NCBI GenBank assembly: GCA_043797125.1
Contig: JAZDPX010000033.1
Location: 98,527 to 162,526 of the forward strand
Source of the DNA: Candidatus Omnitrophota bacterium
Lineage (GTDB): Bacteria; Omnitrophota; Gorgyraeia; JABMRG01; JAFGKX01
DNA: 64,000 nucleotides
Direction: 5' to 3'
Shown in pieces: positions 59,161 through 64,000 of the stretch. A program made the translations under genes and the position numbers. The notes under the pieces were generated by a model. That model worked only from the letters and a program-made list of their open reading frames with translations, was not told where the DNA came from and searched no databases. Numbering within the stretch: the first letter of the stretch is position 1; the number at the start of each line of letters is the position of its first letter.

Positions 59161-62100
59161 CTACGCCGCCTGCGCTATCGCGGCGGCTTTCTTGTTGCCG
59201 TTTACAAGGTCATATACATTTATAACATAGCTATTTTTGTTTTTGCCGTTGCTTTTACCGTTATATGCGCCTACAAGTTCCTGTATAAACACGCATAACT
59301 CACTTTCAATATCAACGTTTTTAACAAACACCTCAAAGTCATCTTCACTTAAGGCTGTCTTTTTTAGTTCTTCTGCCAGAAGTTCTTCCATTGTATTTTC
59401 ACCTAAGCGAATGGTTTCCCTTGTAACATCGTAATCCTCGCCAATCTCTTGTAAGGTTTCGGTCTCGCCTACTCCAAGCATTGGCAGGATTCTTTTTATA
59501 AAGGTTGTCACCATTCTGTTAAATTTATGCACATTATATTCTCTCCACTTTTTGAATAATTTTTCTGCAACTATTCCTATGGCTTCAAATATTTTATCTT
59601 GAATTAGGGCGAGGTCTTCTATTTTATCATCCGCAATAGTGCTCTCAATTGTGTAGCCTTCATCTTCATTGCCTAAAGGCGTGCTCAGTAAAACGGTTGA
59701 GTATTTCATATAATTTATTACATTAGTTACTTTTGTTTCACTCATATCAATCGCGCTGGCTATTTCCGGAATAGTCAGTTTCCCGGATATAGGGTTAATA
59801 TCTTTCACCTGGCATCTTCTTTTAAATTCCTTAATCTGATTATATATATATGAGGATATTTTTGTATCGTTAAGATAGAATCCTATCTGGCTATCAATAA
59901 TTTGTTTAATTATCTTAACAGCAAATGTGGAAAATCTATAACCTTTTTGCGGTTTAAACTCTTTGGCTGCTTTCATAAGGCCGTCGTGAGCAGGGCCCAA
60001 TAATTCTTCCAAAGGTAAGTTATATGACCAAGCATAGCTTTTTGCAATGCTATATTCAAGCCTTAGGTTTGACTCAACAAGCTTATTTCTTGCTGCGGTA
60101 TCGCCGATCTGCGCAAGCACTCCATATTTAATTTCACCCAAGGGGGTTAACATAGAAAAATCGTACATCCTAGCAAGGTGCTGGGCAACAGGATCTGGTA
60201 TTTCTTTTGATTGTTTTTTTGGCAAGCTTTTGCCATTAGGAATAAACGCGTGCTTTTCGGGTATGGATTCAAAGAATTTTTTACCCTCTTTTCTAAGTTT
60301 ATCCTGATACCTGCCTTCATAGCTTACAAATTTGCAGACGGCTTTAGCCAAAGTTAGCACTTTATCTTCTTCTTCTTTATATTCTTCTGGTAATTCGTTA
60401 ATGATACATAAAATAGCTGTATTTAAATATATTTGGCTTTCATGCTCACTATTAAAATCCAGAATATCTATAAGCTGTTCAATTAACGCCGTCGTCTGTT
60501 CAGGAGACAATTGCATTAATTGCCTAAAATTAGTTAATACCTTATTTTTATCTTCATCAGCTTTTTTGCCTCTATATATTGCATCCGCCAAAAGCACTAA
60601 ATAGAAATCGACTCCGCGATCTTTGAATGGCAAAGTTTTATTTTCTAAAAACTGCAATCTATCTTTTTTGAGCCTATCTGCCGTATTTAGAAGTGTCGTT
60701 ACTGTAATTTTTTCCTGCTTATGCGCGGGGCGAGATCTTTTCTTGTGTCTTTGCGCTGTATGTTGCAAAATATCAATTGCTGGCTCCAGAATGCCTCTCT
60801 CCAAAAGTTCTTGCGCAAACTTAACGGTAAACTGGCTTATGGGTATTAATTTTTTAAAATAGGCATTTCTTATTAAAGTAATTTTCGGCCTTGACTTTTT
60901 ATTTTTTGAATATTTCCCGGCATCATAAACATAAACTTTCCAGCCGTGTTTAACATCTTCTACGGGAACAAATGCCGGTTTTTTGCCTGCTAATGATTTT
61001 AGGCCTCGCACTTCCAGCCATCTATTTCTATATGCCAGTTTTATAATGCCGTTTTTGGGAACAACATAAGGATGATAATATTCCCTGGGGGCCACTGGGC
61101 CACCATAAATATCTTTATTGCATAAAACATAATCTAAAAATGCTATTTTTGAAAAATCAATAGGCATATGCATTGGAAAATTATCGAGGTAATAATGCCT
61201 TGCAACCACGACTTTCTCTTTCCCTGTTTTATACCATATCTCTTCATAAGGCCCATAGGATGGGTCGTTTTCAACTGTTCCTAAGGCTTTTTGCGGCATC
61301 TTTTTGTCTTTGAATATTCCCTTGGCAATAGGGTACAAAGCAAAATCAAAACTATCTTTTCTTCTCATATCCGACATAGTCTTGGAAGCCTCATACCGGA
61401 CGGTGCCGTCTTTTTCTGTTACGCGCCTTACAGTTAATTCTAATATTCTATCCTTCACTGGTTTAATATCGTACCTGCCGTTGTAGCAATCGATGGCATC
61501 TAAAAAAGCCAGGTCAACCTGCCTGCATTTTGTTAGTTTGATGCCAGGGCCGCAATGTCTGATTTTTCTTAACATGCTTTTATAAGTTGCTAAGGGTTTC
61601 GGTGAAGTGGATTTTTCATATTCTGATTCAAGATAAATATTAATAACCTGCCTTTGGTTTATATCTTTCTCGACTTTTATGATAGCGGGTTCATTAAGCA
61701 GCGCGCCTTCCCCCATGCGGTCTTTCTTTATAAAAAATGATATTGCGTCATCGCGCCGGTATTCGTTTATAAAAGGAACGACACAAACGCCGCATCCCTC
61801 TCCGCCGTCTTTAATTGTCGTTTTATAAATTCTACCGCACTCTTGCAACTCTATTCCCTTGTGCGCTTTTAAAATATCGTGTTTTGCAAGATTAATCTGC
61901 ATAGTTTTCGAGCGCAATGTTTTCCATTTATCTTTTCCCTCAATAGGGCTAATATCTTTAAAATGCTTATATGTTACTAATGGCTTGGGATTTTTCTTAG
62001 CATAATAATCGTCTTTAAGATAAATATTTATTACCTGGCCGTGGTTTTTATCGTTCTCAACCACGACAGCCACATCTTTATATAAAAGATTTGCATTTTT

Positions 62101-62748
62101 AAATTTCTTTGGAGGTATATTGAAGGTGGTGGGTGGGTATGGATTATAGCCGTGCCTGTGGCAACTAACCTGTATAATGCCTCCTTTTAATATTTTTGTT
62201 ATATATGGCCTTGCTAATGTTTCTATTTCCCGCAGACCGTAGGTTGCGGCTAAAACATCCATAGACGGCAAATTAACCTGTACGGCTTTTCCCTTTTCAG
62301 CGTAAAATTTATATGTACAAAACGGCTGCTCGATATATTCTTTATTATAATCATCTAAATAATAAAAATTTAGTAACAGGCCATTATTTACCTCATCTGG
62401 CAAGCTGTGGTTTGGATCGTATTCCCCCAAAAAAACTATATTCGCATTCTTTGCTTTTTCGCCTTCTGAAGTAAAGGAAAAATATGCTATCACACCATTG
62501 CTTGTAAGCGTTTTTTGTGCTTGGCTATCAGAGGCAGTAATTAATTTATCACCCTCTCTTAAGCTTAAGCCTGTATTCTTGTAATCCACAATCCTAGCTT
62601 TTACCTCATCGTAAGAGCTTCCGCTTATACACACGAGCGGTGTTTCTTTAGAGTTAACACTTGCTATTGGCCGTAAGGCATAACTCTGGCATGGATTTGC
62701 CGTGGCAGCAATACTAAATACTAATATAATCGAAATTATTCTCTTCAT
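59161..62748 (-). CDS. 1195-aa protein: N-terminal signal-peptide-like leader, about 850 aa of repeat-containing and Cys-containing domains, and a C-terminal complete sigma-70-like domain (regions 1.2, 2, 3, 4) at about 59400-60200
   Basis: 'DPVAQHLARMY...NLRLEYSIAKSY...GLMKAAKEFKPQKGYRFSTFAVKIIKQII...' (region 1.2/2; canonical TWWIRQ is VKIIKQ here), region 3 'LTIPEIASAIDMSETKV...', region 4.2 'TLQEIGEDYDVTRETIRL'; N-term 'MKRIISIILVFSIAATANPCQSYALRPIAS'. Confidence 0.6.
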   Translation of the reverse strand: MKRIISIILVFSIAATANPCQSYALRPIASVNSKETPLVCISGSSYDEVKARIVDYKNTGLSLREGDKLITASDSQAQKTLTSNGVIAYFSFTSEGEKAKNANIVFLGEYDPNHSLPDEVNNGLLLNFYYLDDYNKEYIEQPFCTYKFYAEKGKAVQVNLPSMDVLAATYGLREIETLARPYITKILKGGIIQVSCHRHGYNPYPPTTFNIPPKKFKNANLLYKDVAVVVENDKNHGQVINIYLKDDYYAKKNPKPLVTYKHFKDISPIEGKDKWKTLRSKTMQINLAKHDILKAHKGIELQECGRIYKTTIKDGGEGCGVCVVPFINEYRRDDAISFFIKKDRMGEGALLNEPAIIKVEKDINQRQVINIYLESEYEKSTSPKPLATYKSMLRKIRHCGPGIKLTKCRQVDLAFLDAIDCYNGRYDIKPVKDRILELTVRRVTEKDGTVRYEASKTMSDMRRKDSFDFALYPIAKGIFKDKKMPQKALGTVENDPSYGPYEEIWYKTGKEKVVVARHYYLDNFPMHMPIDFSKIAFLDYVLCNKDIYGGPVAPREYYHPYVVPKNGIIKLAYRNRWLEVRGLKSLAGKKPAFVPVEDVKHGWKVYVYDAGKYSKNKKSRPKITLIRNAYFKKLIPISQFTVKFAQELLERGILEPAIDILQHTAQRHKKRSRPAHKQEKITVTTLLNTADRLKKDRLQFLENKTLPFKDRGVDFYLVLLADAIYRGKKADEDKNKVLTNFRQLMQLSPEQTTALIEQLIDILDFNSEHESQIYLNTAILCIINELPEEYKEEEDKVLTLAKAVCKFVSYEGRYQDKLRKEGKKFFESIPEKHAFIPNGKSLPKKQSKEIPDPVAQHLARMYDFSMLTPLGEIKYGVLAQIGDTAARNKLVESNLRLEYSIAKSYAWSYNLPLEELLGPAHDGLMKAAKEFKPQKGYRFSTFAVKIIKQIIDSQIGFYLNDTKISSYIYNQIKEFKRRCQVKDINPISGKLTIPEIASAIDMSETKVTNVINYMKYSTVLLSTPLGNEDEGYTIESTIADDKIEDLALIQDKIFEAIGIVAEKLFKKWREYNVHKFNRMVTTFIKRILPMLGVGETETLQEIGEDYDVTRETIRLGENTMEELLAEELKKTALSEDDFEVFVKNVDIESELCVFIQELVGAYNGKSNGKNKNSYVINVYDLVNGNKKAAAIAQAA

Positions 62749-62807
62749 TATTTTAATAAAATATTCTAATTTTATCTACTTTATATGATAGTTATAAAAG
62801 GTATTAT

Positions 62808-62836
62808 ATTATAGCAGGTGTTTTCACTTAAGTCAA
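62808..62836 (-). promoter_or_regulatory. Canonical sigma-70 promoter TTGACT-17nt-TATAAT driving the sigma-fusion gene
   Basis: Minus strand: ccTTGACTtaagtgaaaacacctgcTATAATataatacc; -35 at 62831-62836, -10 at 62808-62813, ATG at 62748. Confidence 0.55.
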
Positions 62837-62868
62837 GGGATAATATTAGAGATTGCTGAAATACTGCT

Positions 62869-63047
62869 GTAGGGGTTCGATTTATCGAACCCTTTATAAG
62901 GCGCCATAAATGGCGCCCCTACATTAGATAAACCTGTGCCCCTGAAAAGGGGCATTAAGCCCCTGCATTTTGGCGCAAAATACGAATATCGTAGTTGCCC
63001 AATTTATTGGGCCACCGGGGTTTTAGCCCGATGAATCGGGCAACTAC
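62869..63047 (+). ncRNA. Candidate structured RNA with two consecutive Y-shaped three-way junctions plus a GAAA-capped hairpin; class unknown, strand uncertain
   Basis: Junction 1: gtagg[gggttcg-atttat-cgaaccc]tttataa[ggcgcca-taaa-tggcgcc]cctac. Hairpin tgcccct-gaaa-aggggca. Junction 2: gtagtt[gcccaa-ttta-ttgggc]...[cccga-tgaa-tcggg]c-aactac. Confidence 0.3.
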
Positions 63048-63063
63048 ATGTTCGAGTAAAGCT

Positions 63064-64000
63064 TTAGAATTTATGGAATACTACGCCCGTAAAGGGCTTG
63101 GGGAAAAAATAGGTGGACTTGTGCGGCATGTTATTGCCTGATGTGGCAACTTTTTCAACTTCTTTTATCCTGGTGGGATTCAGGAATATCGCCATTTTAA
63201 ATTCATCGCTTTTTACGACTCTTATGGCCTCTGTCTTTCCCCTGTAATAATATATGTTGCGCATTCCGCGCACTTTCTCTTTTATATTAAGCAGTTGCGG
63301 AAGGATAAAATGGTGCAATATGCTGACATCTAATTTCTTCCAGCTTATGCTGTTATCGGCAGAGCCGATATTTTTAATAATATTTTCATCTTTTAGCAAT
63401 GCGAATACGAAACTATCGTCGTAAAAAAAGCCAAACGCGTGCCTTTTTTGCCTGTCCGCTGTCTCTAATTTTTTAATCAGGTCTTCTTTACTATTTACCA
63501 TGCTTACATAAAAATGCCTTGACAGCTTTTTTAGCATAGAATCTTTAGAATAATTAGCTGGCAGAAACTTGATTGCCCTGTGCGTAGGAAGTATCGCAAG
63601 ACCCTTATCTTTCATGCTTAAAAAATAAACCATAGCGTAGTCGTAAGGCATTTTGCATGTTGTATTTTTTTGTCTTCTGGACAGATGATCCCTTAATGCA
63701 ACGCACGCGTTAAAACGATGATGCCCGTCAGCTATGAATATTTTTTCATTCTGCATAATATTCTGCAGCTTATTTATAATCTCAACATCGGAAATCTTCC
63801 AAAGCTCCTTTTTCACCCCATCCGCGCTAAACTCAACATCAGGCTTTTGTTTTCTCATAACAGATATGAGCATATCTTCAACTTTTGCGGCGTCGTCTTT
63901 AAAAACAGTAAATATGGGGCTTAAATGCGCCTGTGTTGTAAGCATGAGATTAAATCTTTCAACTTTGAACTTTTTAAATATTTTTTCGTGAGGCAGGGCT
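63064..64000 (-). CDS. DUF1015-family protein, N-terminally truncated by the window edge
   Basis: 'SPIFTVFKD...KIFIADGHHRFNACVAL' (the ADGHHR motif typical of DUF1015); the reading frame stays open to position 64000. Confidence 0.75.
   Translation of the reverse strand, partial: ALPHEKIFKKFKVERFNLMLTTQAHLSPIFTVFKDDAAKVEDMLISVMRKQKPDVEFSADGVKKELWKISDVEIINKLQNIMQNEKIFIADGHHRFNACVALRDHLSRRQKNTTCKMPYDYAMVYFLSMKDKGLAILPTHRAIKFLPANYSKDSMLKKLSRHFYVSMVNSKEDLIKKLETADRQKRHAFGFFYDDSFVFALLKDENIIKNIGSADNSISWKKLDVSILHHFILPQLLNIKEKVRGMRNIYYYRGKTEAIRVVKSDEFKMAIFLNPTRIKEVEKVATSGNNMPHKSTYFFPKPFTGVVFHKF

Noticed and set aside
59161-62748. The sigma-fusion being an ordinary RpoD with a long region 1.1
   Set aside because: The N-terminus is hydrophobic and signal-peptide-like, and Cys-rich and repeat-rich rather than the acidic region 1.1. 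The TWW melting residues are lost. It is retained as a finding rather than annotated as rpoD.
62869-62922. tRNA or tmRNA tRNA-like domain (GGGGTTCGA... motif)
   Set aside because: Only three helices form, with no anticodon arm and no acceptor/CCA. The 'T-arm' has a 7-bp stem with a 6-nt loop, not the 5-bp/7-nt geometry.

Overview
AT-rich window, probably from an uncultivated Gram-negative-type bacterium (an LptD/OstA homologue and two OMP-like proteins are present). Nearly every gene lies on the minus strand in tightly packed units, many with 4-nt ATGA stop/start overlaps. About 47 kb (366..47091) is a very large cell-surface glycan biosynthesis and decoration supercluster: 2 NodU/CmcH-type carbamoyltransferases; 3 AsnB-type amidotransferases, one interrupted by an in-frame TGA; 2 B12-binding radical-SAM enzymes; 4 SAM methyltransferases; several GT2 and GT-B glycosyltransferases including a GT2-phosphoglycosyltransferase fusion; paralogous polytopic membrane proteins; an O-antigen-ligase-like protein; a Wzm/Wzt ABC exporter; and nucleotide-sugar genes: rfbB, rfbC, rfbD and a disrupted rfbA; ugd plus a UDP-glucuronate decarboxylase; and a WbpA / WbpB-WbpD fusion / WbpE-like set for a 2,3-diacetamido uronic acid. 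Downstream are lptD, a ROK kinase, two GGDEF-GAF cyclases, a MalK-like ATPase, accD and an orphan corrinoid protein. Two giant signal-peptide-bearing genes follow (1007 and 1195 aa); the second ends in a complete but degenerate sigma-70 domain (regions 1.2-4.2). A truncated DUF1015 gene sits at the window edge. Several non-genic signals are superimposed. Families of 7-8 nt tandem repeats ('gactata/gaccatc', 'ttaattgg', 'cactcac', 'gtattga', 'ggtgacct', 'NNaaagt') sit at gene junctions and, in frame, inside several CDSs. A four-helix-bundle (23S-IVS/Avd-like) gene is embedded in a palindromic composite repeat that also occurs empty twice. A free-standing double-motif LAGLIDADG endonuclease gene sits inside the rfb operon. 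A canonical sigma-70 promoter and an unclassified structured RNA-like element with two Y-shaped junctions lie upstream of the sigma-fusion gene. All calls rest on reading the ORF translations and sequence by eye; no database search was possible.
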